A DNA stretch of 64,000 nt from Pachysolen tannophilus NRRL Y-2460 (GCA_001661245.1 KV454014.1:760954-824953); one strand, 5' to 3'. Shown: positions 43,922 through 56,323, counted from the first letter of the stretch. Numbers and translations are program-made. Notes: generated from the sequence alone by a model not told the origin.

Positions 43922-46710
43922 ATATAACGCCAGGTGTAGGGTGTGGGAACTACTTTTATTCCTCGGAGATATAAAGTATAAAATAATAATAATAATAATA
44001 TTAAATATTATTATTATTAACATGTTTAACTAGTCTGAATATGAAATGAGGTTAGATCAAAAGCGAATCAAGAGAGAAAAAAAAAATATAAATGCAATTA
44101 ATAAAAAATAGAAAAAAGTGCAGACCAAGAAGCATTCAAGGATGTTTTATTATTTTAATGTCTTATTTTAACGAAGTTTTTAAATGTATTATTTTTTTTT
44201 TTTTTTTTTACTACACTTTTAATCTTCAATGTTATATGTGATACGTAATACATTTTTATAAGTATCAGTAATGATGTAAAAAAAAAAAAACCTAAAATTA
44301 CAAAACAATCAATCGTCTGAGTTGAAATTTTTATTTTCTATTTTATTTTATTTTAATAAATATATTTGATTTGAAAATAATGAACAAAAGAAGAAAATTC
44401 AAATTTAAATTTAAACCTTTATCAGGTAAAATGCACTGCTGGTAGATCAAAAAAAAAAATATTTCCTTTTTAGGAATATACATTTTTAAATTAAAATTAA
44501 CTTGACGCGGCACCAAGGCAATTTAAAATAGTATTAAATCAGTCTCATAGGTAGGTAAGTAGGTAAGTAAGTAAGTAAGTAGGTAGGTCACTTGATAAAA
44601 AAAATCAATCTTTAGATGCCCAGATGACTTGCAGAAACTCCACAATGCAAATTGAATTTTTTTTTTTATTTTCTTTTTTATAGTTATGGTTTTGCCCTGA
44701 AGTTCATCCACACTGTATAATTTAAGGTTTCTAGACTTTTATAGTTTGGTTACATATACGATCTTTGAATAACAATAAATAAATCATTATGATATGAAAA
44801 AAAAAAAAAAAAAAAAAGCAAAAAAATAATATATTACATATTGTTTATTTAATTTTCCTGTTGAGATTGAACTGATATCGATTATACTAATAGATTATTA
44901 TATTAGGTTCATGTAGCCAATTTGTTCATACATACATACATCATTTATCATCAGTTACTTTTTTTTTTTTTTTTTTCAAAAAAAAAAAAAAAAACTATCC
45001 ATCTAGGTATGCTGTAAACTTTTCCGATCTTCTTTATAAATAATTATTTTGTTAATCATTAAATATATAAAATATGAAATTTCAAAATGTATGTTCTAAC
45101 TTGATTCATTTAAGTAGATCAAAAATAAAAATTTACTGCTATACTAGGTACCATTTTTCAAAGTTGTATCGATGAAAAACCTGAACCGGCAGCAAGTCAC
45201 AGTGATACAAATGAATATACATACATATAAAAAGAAAGAAGAATTATAAGAGGGGAGAATAAATGTATCAATTTTTCTTTTTTTTTTGAAAAAAAGACTA
45301 TTATTACCGAATATCTTAATCTTTAAAAGGAAAAAAACAATGGAAAAAAAAAAAGAAAAAAATGTATGCATTAATGCAATATCAGTAACAAATTGTAATT
45401 TTTATGCTGACCTTTAAAGGGTCTTGAAAATGATTTGAATAAAAGCTTAGAATTCTTTTTTTTTTTCCTTTGAATGAAAAAAAAACTGAACGTTAAAAAC
45501 CAAAAATAGAATGTATAATCTTTTTTCACATGTTGGCTCTTAGTTATAGTAACTAACTATAAAATTATCACATTTTCATCATCAACCTATTTCGGAAAAT
45601 CAATGGCTTCTTTTACAAAATAAAAATAAAAATAAGAAAAAGAAATAGTCTGGTTAGCTAGTTATATTTTTAAGTTTTTTTTTTTTTTTTTTTTGATTAT
45701 TATTATTATTATTTTTACTGTAATTTCAGTCCTCTCTAGTTTATAATTAAATCAAGGACATATATTAAAGTCCCATAACTTTTAAATACACATATATACA
45801 AACTCCTTTAACCTTATCTAGATGCTTAAGCTTCATAAAACTTGCATCATTTCGGTCTTCTTCGGTCTTATTGATCTTCTACTGCCCTCGAAGTCTAAAA
45901 AAAAAATATAATAATAATAATTATAAAAATAACACAATACACATAATATGCTTTGCTACTTTCTTTTTTTTTTTTTTTATTTTATTTTATTTGCCCAGAC
46001 TACTACTCCTCCACCATATTGAAAATAAAATTAAAAAAAAAAAAGAATGAATAGAAAATAATTGAGCTTTCCCATGGAGTTAAAAAGAAAAAGAAAAAAA
46101 AAAAGAAAAAATCCCTTAAGATTAGTTAACTATTCCGCCTATTTACAAGGTAAAATGCAAGGATGATCCAGGCCTAAATATACTGCGTAAAATATCTAAA
46201 TTTACGTACAGATTAACTAAAAAGGCAGGCAAGTAATCTACAGCTTTAACCTACAGAATTATACAGATGGTTAAAATTTACTAAGTAGTAATAACAGGAA
46301 AACGTACAGTTAAAGAATGTTAGTTTTATTTGATTACCATGGTAATAAATTGCAATGTAGACATTTACTTTATAAGTGCTTTTTTATTTATCAGTATTTG
46401 TTTGTTTTAGTAGGCTGATAATACTTCTATGAAACTAATGTACATTAAAAATCATTAGGTTATTTCGATAAAAAAGTATAAGTATATCGTTAAATTCCTT
46501 TTTTCCTTAATTCTTTCTTTAGTACTTACTAAGATAACCTATCATTAATACCCTAAAAATAAATAAGAAAAAATTCAAAAGCGGTTGTAAAAAATTACAT
46601 CACAATCAATACGCTTTTGAAAAATTGTAACTTTTCAGTTTGTGCCTTTTTTTTTTTTTTTTTTTTTTAAGAGGTTTTTGGTTTTCATGTACTTTTGTTC
46701 TTGAAAGATT

Positions 46711-48315
46711 ATGAGTTTTTTAATTGAAGACGAGTGTCAATCAAAGCAAATTTATCAGTACAATAACAATGACCATCAATATATACATGAAAACTCTAAT
46801 ACCGAGTCGATTTTAAATCAATTTCCACAGACTCTTGCTGGTCCACCATTATTACAAGAACCATTACAGGTACATCAACATTCTCATTCACATTCACATT
46901 CACATTCACATTCAAATCTTTTTTCAGTACAGAAAACTATTTATTCAAATACTAATAGAAAATTAAATGATTCATATAATAGTAATAATTATGATGAAAA
47001 TACAAGAATTGATCAAATTGATGATCAGTTACTCCTATTACAATTACAGAATCAACTTCAGCAACAGCAGAGCTTAATGGAATCATCACTGTCATTACCT
47101 ACAGAAACAGGTGATGTCATTGCAGATGGTTATATAATTAAAAATAATGATGTATTTTTCAATATAAATGATTCACACCCTCCAATAGTTGATCCACTTA
47201 CTGTTGAAGATATTACAGTTCCTAATAGTAGTGGGTGTGCTATTTTTAATTTTAATGGTAATCATAGCAACAACATCACTGGAACAGGCAATTATTCATC
47301 TTCTGCACTCGCTACTGCTGCTGCTACTGCTACTTCCACGGTTTCTGCATCTGCTGCTGCATCTGCAACATCTAATCTTATTGATCCTACTAGAAAGTTA
47401 GAGTTACCTGGATCATCGAGATTAGATAAATTAACCTTAGCATCTCCTTTCATAGAATCATCACAAATTTTTGACAATAATACCATTATCAATACTATTA
47501 CTGAAAATCAGGACAACAATGATAACGACATTAAAAAAAATTTAAAGAGTCATAAGAAAAATTTTGAAATCATAGCAAATCAATCATCATCACCTTCAAA
47601 GTTTCTGTCTTCTTGTAGCTCCTCCTCTGCTTTATACCAAAGCTCATTTTCAAAAGATACCAACACTAACACTGAAACTAACATTAAACCATCGGTTCAA
47701 AATACAACAACTAAATTAATAAGGACAAATAGTTCCAATGCTTCGCTAAATAATAGTTTAGGGAGCCGGAGCCAGACATCGCCTATTGCAAGAATTAGAC
47801 CATTGATGCAACGTGGGAATACGATATCAACATCTTCGTTGATGAACTATTCTACTTCAAATGATAATGCTAGTAATAACAGCAACAATATTGGAGGAAA
47901 CGCTTCGAATCCTTTTTATAAACCCCCTCCATTCATCAGGAGATTGTCTTCACCATTTTCTGTTAATTCCAAAGATAAGACTTCTTTAGATTCAGATAAA
48001 AAATTTGCAACAGCTGCTGCTACAGTTGCGGCTGCAATTACTGGAGAAACAGCTGCTAATATGACTAGGAAACACAGTAAACATCTCTTATCAAATTTGA
48101 AATATGATGGGAAAGAATTACATCCAACTGTCAAAGTTGTTAAAAGGAGAAAAACTATGTCCTCGCTTTCAACTAGTTTCCAAAAAGCTTTATCTCCTAA
48201 TGATTTTACCAGTTTTTACAACGAAGAGTCAAAGTTCAATAATGTTATTAGTCCTAGTAATACCAAGAAGACTAATAAAGGGTTTAAAAATTTCATTAGC
48301 TATAAAGTTGAATGA
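46711..48315 (+). CDS. Hypothetical low-complexity (S/N/A-rich) protein, possibly a nuclear regulator
   Basis: 534-aa ATG ORF; HS repeat, poly-Ala, NPFYKPPPF motif, basic VKRRK stretch; no folded domain recognised. Confidence 0.65.
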   Translation: MSFLIEDECQSKQIYQYNNNDHQYIHENSNTESILNQFPQTLAGPPLLQEPLQVHQHSHSHSHSHSHSNLFSVQKTIYSNTNRKLNDSYNSNNYDENTRIDQIDDQLLLLQLQNQLQQQQSLMESSLSLPTETGDVIADGYIIKNNDVFFNINDSHPPIVDPLTVEDITVPNSSGCAIFNFNGNHSNNITGTGNYSSSALATAAATATSTVSASAAASATSNLIDPTRKLELPGSSRLDKLTLASPFIESSQIFDNNTIINTITENQDNNDNDIKKNLKSHKKNFEIIANQSSSPSKFLSSCSSSSALYQSSFSKDTNTNTETNIKPSVQNTTTKLIRTNSSNASLNNSLGSRSQTSPIARIRPLMQRGNTISTSSLMNYSTSNDNASNNSNNIGGNASNPFYKPPPFIRRLSSPFSVNSKDKTSLDSDKKFATAAATVAAAITGETAANMTRKHSKHLLSNLKYDGKELHPTVKVVKRRKTMSSLSTSFQKALSPNDFTSFYNEESKFNNVISPSNTKKTNKGFKNFISYKVE

Positions 48316-48716
48316 ATCATTATATTGTTAAAAATGGCTGGAAAAAAAAAAAAAAAAACCAAAAAAAAAAAAAGGGTGAGGTTATTATATTTTCGTTTTT
48401 GTGTTATGGTTGATCAGTTTTTTTACAATTGCTGCTTTCTTTTTTTAGGATTTTCATGATGGTTTCATCCCTATGACTGTTTTTTCTTGTTTCTTGTTTC
48501 TTGTTTTCTCGATTCACGCTTTCTTTTCTTTTTCATTTTTTTTTTTTCTCTCTTATGGTTTAATGCTGCGTTTTTCTTAGGTATATTCGGTGTTTCTTTT
48601 GTACTGATAAAACTTGCTCGAATAGACAGCAATTTCTCTTTTTCCTCTTTTTGTTTTCTCTTTCTTTAAACATAATGATGATCAATGAAAATATTACTAG
48701 ATTATTATATTTCAGT

Positions 48717-49607
48717 TTATTGGCTTATAAGAGCATCAATAAGTAATTGGCATCTAAGAAAATATTTTTTTTTCTCCAGTAAATCTTTACTTAATTCATT
48801 ATCTAGTACATTTTCAAGCGATTTCAATAAACCATGATAATCTTGTAAATTGTTATAAAATTTTTGTAAATCAGTTATACTATCTATTTGATTTACATCA
48901 AATTGGCTTATACTTTGCCTACTAATTTCGTTTAATCCAGTTAAGTGCATTTTTTTCACCTCATTTAAATTAGTATTAGTTACTTCACCATCTAATATTT
49001 TCAGAAGTTGCTGTTCATTAGTCTTGGGGTTAAAAAATGTATTTGAATAATATTTTAAAGATTTTTCAACATTTTGCAAAATCAATTCTTTGTCAGTATT
49101 ATTGAATTTGGTATGATACCAATATGGATATTCAACTTCTTCTAAATTATTACTATTAGAAACTTCATGAACAGTCTTAATATGTTTCAACAATGCATCA
49201 GACCTTGTGAAATGTTTTGAACACTCTGGAAGTACACAATAAAAAGGTTTCTCTCCTGTATGTGTTCTTAAATGTGAAACTAGTGCAAATCTACTAGGTT
49301 GGTTAACACCAAATCTTGAACAATTTTCCCATTTACAAGAATTAGCTGAAATGGTAGTTAAATGTACATTATTCAAATGCTGAACCAAATCATCTAACTT
49401 GCTAAAAGATGTATTACAGTGATCCCATTGACACTGACGGACCGCGTTACTGTTATTGCTATTACTGTTATTACTGCTATTATTATTATTATTATTATTA
49501 TTATCAATTTCCGTTTCTGAGAAACTTGTCTTTTTCCCATATTCGAGCACAAGTTCATCAAAAAATTTATCAATATCAGAACCACCCTCCGGATCGCATG
49601 CCATCAT
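48717..49607 (-). CDS. GLI-like C2H2 zinc-finger protein (Iec1/INO80-associated type)
   Basis: Three fingers: CQWDHC...HLNNVH, CKWENC...QPSRFALVSHLRTH, TGEKPFYCVLPECSKHFTRSDALLKHIKTVH. Confidence 0.8.
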   Translation of the reverse strand: MMACDPEGGSDIDKFFDELVLEYGKKTSFSETEIDNNNNNNNNSSNNSNSNNSNAVRQCQWDHCNTSFSKLDDLVQHLNNVHLTTISANSCKWENCSRFGVNQPSRFALVSHLRTHTGEKPFYCVLPECSKHFTRSDALLKHIKTVHEVSNSNNLEEVEYPYWYHTKFNNTDKELILQNVEKSLKYYSNTFFNPKTNEQQLLKILDGEVTNTNLNEVKKMHLTGLNEISRQSISQFDVNQIDSITDLQKFYNNLQDYHGLLKSLENVLDNELSKDLLEKKKYFLRCQLLIDALISQ

Positions 49608-49997
49608 CAAATATCAAACTATCCAACTAAATTATAATGATTTGATCAAAGAAAATCTGATCCAGTTGAATTAATGAATAAATGAATAAATGAATAAATG
49701 AATAATAGCTGTTAATTGGAAACCCCATTAAAAATGTTAAGAGAAAAATACAAGACGTGTGCAAACTACTCAAAATTCCCTTTTGGGAAATAGGGTAATT
49801 ACTCAATGGTTTTTTTTTCTCTCAATTTTTTTCCAACATCGAACTTTGGTTTAGTATTAAATGATTCATTGTTGAATGAAGCATATTTTATAAAGCATCA
49901 CGGTATCATTATCGGAATCATTGAGGTTTTAAATCTTTGAGTCTTAGATAGGAGAAACTTTTTTTTTGTTGGTTTCTTTTTTTTTCTTTGGTCCCTC

Positions 49998-51488
49998 ATG
50001 TCGAATCTTCAACTTAACATTTTAAAAACTTTGGACCAAAAGAATGGTGTCATTGAAAGTACTTTAGAGGCATTCCCGAATGTGGATTCTTTGACGGTCA
50101 AGTCTGCATTGGATTCTTTGTTGGCTAAAAATATGGTTAAATATGAGAAAATAGAGAGAGAAAGTTGGGATCTTACTGATGAGTCTAAAGATATAGTTGA
50201 AAATGGTTCTTATGAGTACAGATTGTTGGAATTAGTTACCAAAAATTTAGAAGGTTTACGTATTAGTGAAGTTTCTCAGAAACTTGGTAAAAATGGTTCG
50301 ATAGCTCAAGGTAAAGCTATGAAGAATAAATGGTTAAGTAAGAAAGATGATTTATTACTTTCGAATTTCCAAAATAATGAATTACCTGAAGATGTTACTC
50401 GTTTACAACTTGAAAAAATTTTGAAAAATCATACTTTGGATGATAAGAAAGAATTAAATGAATTGAAGAAGAGAAAATTAATTACATTAAATAAGATCTT
50501 ATCTTTCAAAGTTACAAAAGGTGAAGAATTTGCTTTAGAAATTGAAAGTTATGAAACTGATATTACAAGTGATATGATTGTAAATAACACTTGGCGTAAT
50601 CTGAAGTTTAAACCATATAATTTCCAATCTGAAGGATTATATCCACCAAGTGGTGCTTTACATCCTTTAAATAAAGTTAGGGAAGAGTTTAGACAAATTT
50701 TTTTCGCAATGGGATTTTCAGAGATGCCTTCAAATCAATATGTTGAGAGTGGTTTTTGGAATTTTGATACATTGTTTGTTCCTCAACAACATCCAGCAAG
50801 AGATTTACAAGATACTTTTTATTTAAAAGATCCACTTGTTGCACATAAACCAGATGATTTACAATACTGGAATAATATTAAGAAAGTACATGAAGATGGT
50901 GCACATGGATCAATTGGTTATAGATATCCTTGGAAAGAAGAAGAAAGTTTAAGAATGGTCTTGAGAACACATACTACAGCAATTTCTTCAAGAATGTTAC
51001 ATGAATTAGCTAAAGATCCAAAACCTGCTCGTTTATTTTCTATTGATAGAGTTTTCAGAAATGAAGCCGTTGATATTACACATTTAGCTGAATTTCATCA
51101 AGTGGAAGGTGTTCTTGCAGATTATAATTTAACTTTAGGTGATTTAATTAGTTTTATGGAATCATTTTTCAGTAAGATGGGTGTTCATAATTTAAGATTT
51201 AAACCAACATATAATCCATATACAGAACCATCATTAGAAATGTATGCATGGCATAACCAATTGAAAAAATGGGTTGAAATTGGTAATTCAGGGATGTTTA
51301 GACCAGAAATGTTGGAATCAATGGGATTGCCAAAAGATTTAAGAGTCTTGGGTTGGGGTTTATCATTAGAAAGACCAACCATGATTAAATATTCTGTTAG
51401 TAATATCAGAGAATTGTTAGGACATAAAGTTTCATTAGATTTTATTGAAACCAATCCTGCTGCCCGTTTAGATGAAGATTTAGTTTAA
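49998..51488 (+). CDS. FRS2: Cytoplasmic phenylalanyl-tRNA synthetase alpha subunit
   Basis: GALHPLNKVR, FWNFDTLFVPQQHPARDLQDTF, LRTHTT, DRVFRNE, VEIGNSGMFRPE, WGLSLERP. Confidence 0.98.
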   Translation: MSNLQLNILKTLDQKNGVIESTLEAFPNVDSLTVKSALDSLLAKNMVKYEKIERESWDLTDESKDIVENGSYEYRLLELVTKNLEGLRISEVSQKLGKNGSIAQGKAMKNKWLSKKDDLLLSNFQNNELPEDVTRLQLEKILKNHTLDDKKELNELKKRKLITLNKILSFKVTKGEEFALEIESYETDITSDMIVNNTWRNLKFKPYNFQSEGLYPPSGALHPLNKVREEFRQIFFAMGFSEMPSNQYVESGFWNFDTLFVPQQHPARDLQDTFYLKDPLVAHKPDDLQYWNNIKKVHEDGAHGSIGYRYPWKEEESLRMVLRTHTTAISSRMLHELAKDPKPARLFSIDRVFRNEAVDITHLAEFHQVEGVLADYNLTLGDLISFMESFFSKMGVHNLRFKPTYNPYTEPSLEMYAWHNQLKKWVEIGNSGMFRPEMLESMGLPKDLRVLGWGLSLERPTMIKYSVSNIRELLGHKVSLDFIETNPAARLDEDLV

Positions 51489-51960
51489 TATAAAATTACT
51501 TAGTTAATCTTAGTTAGTTGGAGTTTCTATATAAATATATATATATATATATAATTTTTCTTTTTTTCTTTTTTTTTGCTTCTTCTTCTTCTTCCTTTGT
51601 ATACGGTTGTAATCTTTATTTGCAAAATACAAAAAGATTTTCAAAGTAGGCAAAGTAGTATTGAAGTGATGGTTTACTTATTATTTAAAATTATGTGATG
51701 TTTTTTGTTTTGTTTTACTTTTTTGTTTACTAAATGCTCGCAAACAAATGTACCCTAATGCAGGAAGCTTAAAATTCCCCTAGTAGAGCAATAATTAAGA
51801 CTTTTAAAAACAGAAACAACAACATTGCTTTCTATAATTTTTCTTCGAAACAATATCATATATTTTAATTATATATAAATATATATAAATATATAAATAT
51901 CAAGTGACTTACATAATTTCATTTTGAATTTTTGTTATAAACACAATTAAACTAATTAAA

Positions 51961-52239
51961 ATGCCGTTTACATGTTCAGATATCATTAAGATTATAGTCG
52001 GTAAGTAAGACTAAACACTAGTTGAAAACCAAAGAAAAATGTCAATTACTACAATTTAATTACCACCACATTTCAACAATTCATCTTACTAACTTCTTTT
52101 GATAGCTATATTCTTACCTCCATTAGGAGTGTTTTTAGAAGTTGGGTTTTCAATGGTTTTAGTATTAAACATAATCCTAACATTATTAGGATACATCCCC
52201 GGGATTCTACATGCGCTATACGTCATTTTTCGATACTAG
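51961..52239 (+). CDS. PMP3: Plasma-membrane proteolipid Pmp3 family (UPF0057), spliced: exons 51961-52000 and 52106-52239
   Basis: Donor GTAAGT 52001, branch TACTAAC 52087-52093, acceptor TAG 52103-52105; product MPFTCSDIIKIIVAIFLPPLGVFLEVGFSMVLVLNIILTLLGYIPGILHALYVIFRY (57 aa). Confidence 0.95.
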
Positions 52240-52410
52240 TAAATCCCAAAGCGGGAAATTAGCCCAGATACACACGACACATACCCTAAAATTAAAAAAT
52301 TAAAATAAAAAATTTTTTTTTTTTTTTGGAAAATTTTTTTTTTTGTGTTTGTTGCACACGACGTTTTAGTGGTGCATGATTTCCTTTTTCGTCTTTTTAT
52401 TTAGTACCAG

Positions 52411-52421
52411 AAAATTTTTCA
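52411..52421 (-). promoter_or_regulatory. RRPE element upstream of ribosome-biogenesis gene FCF2
   Basis: AAAATTTTTCA is the reverse complement of TGAAAAATTTT, about 90 bp upstream of the ATG. Confidence 0.5.
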
Positions 52422-52508
52422 GTTGCAATTAGTAGCTATGTAGATGATAATAAATTAGAGAAATTTGGAATAGTAATATTAAAATAAATAGTAGTAGAAC
52501 TTGATAAA

Positions 52509-53231
52509 ATGGGTTTAGGAGAGATATCGCCTATATTGGAGAATATATCAGAAACTGAGAGTGTGACGAATTCCAGTAATGATGATCAAAAGAAAAATTT
52601 AAATGATATGCAACAATATGATGAGGTTTCGCTAGATGACCTTTTTGTACAATTAAAACAAGAAATATCAGGTACGAATAAGAAGACTAAAAATAGTGAA
52701 CAACAGGGTATAACAGAGTTTCAAAAAATTCAAAAATCTATTTCTAATTTGCCAAAACTTACAGCTTCATTAACTAAGAATTCGAAAAATGAAATTTCTC
52801 CCGATGCAAAGAAAATTTTAAAAATAAGTGACCCAATACCTATAACTAAGAAAACAATAGATTCGAAGACACCAAAGGATGCTGGTGATAAATGGTTTAA
52901 TATGCCAAAACATGAGGTCACTCCACAGTTGAAGAGAGATCTTATGGTGATACAGAAAAGGTCAGTATTAGACCCAAAGAGACATTATAAAAAGGAAAAA
53001 TGGGAAATTCCAAAATTTTTCCAAATTGGTACTATTGTTGAATCAAAAGCAGATTTCTATAGTGCAAGATTAAATAAGAAAAATAGAGGTACATCTTTAG
53101 TTAATGAGATTTTAAATGAAGGAGCAACAAATAAATATTTTAAAAGAAAGTACAATGAAATTCAAAATGAAAAGACAAGTGGGAAAAAAAATCATTACAA
53201 AAAGGTAAAAGCAATGAGAAGTAAAAAATAG
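52509..53231 (+). CDS. FCF2: Pre-rRNA processing protein Fcf2
   Basis: AGDKWFNMPK, LKRDL...RSVLDPKRHYKK, PKFFQIGTIVE, FYSARL, YFKRKY. Confidence 0.95.
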   Translation: MGLGEISPILENISETESVTNSSNDDQKKNLNDMQQYDEVSLDDLFVQLKQEISGTNKKTKNSEQQGITEFQKIQKSISNLPKLTASLTKNSKNEISPDAKKILKISDPIPITKKTIDSKTPKDAGDKWFNMPKHEVTPQLKRDLMVIQKRSVLDPKRHYKKEKWEIPKFFQIGTIVESKADFYSARLNKKNRGTSLVNEILNEGATNKYFKRKYNEIQNEKTSGKKNHYKKVKAMRSKK

Positions 53232-53413
53232 ATTAAACCAGTGTATATTTTTTTTTTTTTTAAAAAAAAAGGAATAAATAAATGATAACGTTATTATAAG
53301 AATTTGTAAATTGAAGCAATGAAATGAAATGATTTGAAAAAAATAGAAAAGGAAAAAAAAGCTAAAAAAATTGTATACACTTAAAATAATTTACCTAATT
53401 AAAAACCCAAGCT

Positions 53414-55330
53414 CTAAAAAAAACACTCAATTTTCTTAAAATTACGTTCTCTAATATTATCCCACAAAAATTTACATTCATTTTCCGATAAAGCATTTTG
53501 TTTGCTTTCTTGTTCACTAACTTCATCATCGTTTTCATCTTCTAGTCCATTTTTATTTTCATCTTCTTTTTCTTGAGGCTTTTCTTTGTCAATTGGAGTT
53601 TTATCATTTTGTATATCCATCTTGTGCAGTTCAGATTCTTCCTCTTTATTTAATAAATCATTAATTGCATAATGAAATTCCAATAAAGTTTGTGATGCAA
53701 CTAAAAGATTTAAAAAATAGTTCCTCAATGCTAATATTCTCAATTCAACTGATAATGTATCATCATCAATGCACTTGTCATTTTCATTATTATTATTTTT
53801 ATTTTCATCATTTCCATTATCATTGTCTCGATCTCGAGTATTTTGTAAATATCTCGCTTGTTCAACTGAAATTGTGGCAACTTTTAATTTAAAACTTGTG
53901 TCAAGATTAAATTCTTTAAATAAATCTGATTTACATAAATCACTAATCAACTCTTTATCATTAGAATTAATATCAAAATATTGTAACTTCAATATTTCTT
54001 CTTTAATATTTTTATTAAATTTAACCAATGTAAATTTCTTATCAACATTATCAACAGAAATAATTTTTTTTTCAAATACCAAAAATCTATCACTCATAAC
54101 ATTTTTGATAAAATTTTTAAAATTAATACTTAAATTCTTAAATTTTTGATAATTATCTACATTGTTTTTCAAACTCCTTCTGTATGATGCTATTAATTTA
54201 ACCAATTCTGATTGAAATCCATCCTGGATTTTATAATGTCTGTTACCATTAACTGTAATTTCAGGTAGTAATAAACTTCCATCTCCTTCATTTCGGGAAA
54301 CATCCCAATTTGGAGGTATTTCATTGATCATTAATAAACAACGAATTAAATTTAAATTCCAATCTATTAATTGAACCAGTTCAATTTGTAAAACTTTTGC
54401 GATAATTTCATTTAATTGGTTAAAAACTTCAAATCCAACATTTTTCTTCTTACCACTTGTTGGAGAACGATCAACAAATAAGTTATAATCTTTAATATCA
54501 CTTATTACCCTTTCTAAACTCATTGATTTTTTAAACCCATTTTCACGATTTTTTGGGTGAGGAGGTATTTGAGGTTGTTGAGGTTGTTGATTTTGTTGAA
54601 GTAGTTGATGTTGCAAAGGCAGCACTGGAATACCTGAATGGATCAGATGAAGTGGTGGTAAAAGTTGCTTCTGATGTTGGTGTTGATTCGAAGAACCGAT
54701 AGATCCTGCAACCGGTCCGCTTGAATTATTGTTAGAAAATAATCGTTGGTCTTCTGTACTTGACAAAGTGCTTGATAAAGCATCATTTATTGAAGGTAAC
54801 GAAATCCTACTCTTACCACTGACATTACTATCGATAGTACTCAAGGTATTTTGAGTATTAAATGAAGCTTTTGAGAATATGGATGCATTAGAAGACCTTG
54901 AAGAATATGTTGATTCTATTGTTGAATTAGTAAATGATCTTTGAATTTGATTCTCACTATGACCATGCAGATATTTCAATAATGACGACGACGATGACGT
55001 CGATGTCGATGTTGACAGATCCAGCGGTCCTACTAAAGGACCCGACAAAGAGCCTAACCTCGATTGAGAAGAAGAATCTTTATTATTAACTTTTGATGAA
55101 AACCGGAACGAAGGCAATATCCGTGATTTTGTCTTTGCCAATACCGGTGGCTCTCCACTTATAACTGTGTGGACATTATTATCCGAGACACCAGAAATAC
55201 TAGAACCACCACTACCCAGAGCATTATTGTTGTTTGGTTGCCTATTATATATTGATATCACCTCTTCTCTGGCTTTATCCGTAAACTGGTTGGGCGTCTG
55301 CTGTTTCGAGGAGTGTACTGGAAGATACAT
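53414..55330 (-). CDS. Hypothetical protein (S-rich N-terminal half, folded-looking C-terminal half)
   Basis: 638-aa ATG ORF; ISLPSI and LLPPL short motifs; family not recognised. Confidence 0.7.
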   Translation of the reverse strand: MYLPVHSSKQQTPNQFTDKAREEVISIYNRQPNNNNALGSGGSSISGVSDNNVHTVISGEPPVLAKTKSRILPSFRFSSKVNNKDSSSQSRLGSLSGPLVGPLDLSTSTSTSSSSSLLKYLHGHSENQIQRSFTNSTIESTYSSRSSNASIFSKASFNTQNTLSTIDSNVSGKSRISLPSINDALSSTLSSTEDQRLFSNNNSSGPVAGSIGSSNQHQHQKQLLPPLHLIHSGIPVLPLQHQLLQQNQQPQQPQIPPHPKNRENGFKKSMSLERVISDIKDYNLFVDRSPTSGKKKNVGFEVFNQLNEIIAKVLQIELVQLIDWNLNLIRCLLMINEIPPNWDVSRNEGDGSLLLPEITVNGNRHYKIQDGFQSELVKLIASYRRSLKNNVDNYQKFKNLSINFKNFIKNVMSDRFLVFEKKIISVDNVDKKFTLVKFNKNIKEEILKLQYFDINSNDKELISDLCKSDLFKEFNLDTSFKLKVATISVEQARYLQNTRDRDNDNGNDENKNNNNENDKCIDDDTLSVELRILALRNYFLNLLVASQTLLEFHYAINDLLNKEEESELHKMDIQNDKTPIDKEKPQEKEDENKNGLEDENDDEVSEQESKQNALSENECKFLWDNIRERNFKKIECFF

Positions 55331-56284
55331 GGTTATCCAATATATGTATCTTTGAAGTTATCACCTATTATTTCTCTTGATAAAAACTTTTCCTTATTAC
55401 CAGGAATAAAGAAGAAAGAAAAGAAAAAGAAAAAGAAAAAAAAAAAAAAAAAACCACCCAAATAATATAATAAAAATCTAAAAATCACTGACCAAAAGTT
55501 CAACGTTCTTTTTAATAACGTCTAAATATTAAAAATTTGGAAAAATATATTGAAATTAACAAATTGTGAATATATCAGTGTACCTAAAAATTGAAATTTA
55601 TCCGAACTTTTTTACTAATAAAATTTGACTGTTTTGGCGCATAAAAAAAAGAGAAAATATTTAAATTGAGAAATTCCGCGAGAACGAATTAAAATACCGA
55701 AAACAATTTAATTACTAACAAAAAGAAAAGACTAATTTAATCATTTGACATAACGCATAACAAGATATTGATAAATATGACTCTAATAGCTAATAATATT
55801 TAATAAATTTTTATTGATTCTCCGTATTATATGTAATTTCAAGGTACCAGACATCATCGATGTAAAAATTTTAAAATTCTCCACCTGTGACGCTGCGATC
55901 AAAGGGAAAATTGTTCACCCCAGAAAAATCTCGGAATAACTTTTTTCTTTTTCCTTTTTTTTTTTGGGGGACTTAAACAAAAAGTCATGAGATTTACACA
56001 GTAATTTTCGTTATCGTCAGTTATGAAGAAATTATTACTTAATTTATTGTCTGAGGCTTTTTTTCTTTTTTTTTTTTTTACACCTCTTCTACTGGCCACT
56101 AAGATTTCTTTCTTGTAGTAATGATCTTCTATGCTTTTGAAAGTAATTATGTACTTAGGTACTTGAAGTATGTGTGTCATTTTACTTTGTTTTGCAGGGA
56201 CTACTTGCTTGTAATTGAAAATTTTAATGCAGGTTTCGAAAAAAAAAAATTTCTTGTAATATTCCGGGGTAAATAGTATATATT

Positions 56285-56323
<39 letters not shown>

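Noticed and set aside
48250..48315. C-terminal ISYK similarity to Ime1 plus a long promoter
   Set aside because: A four-residue match is too weak to assign orthology
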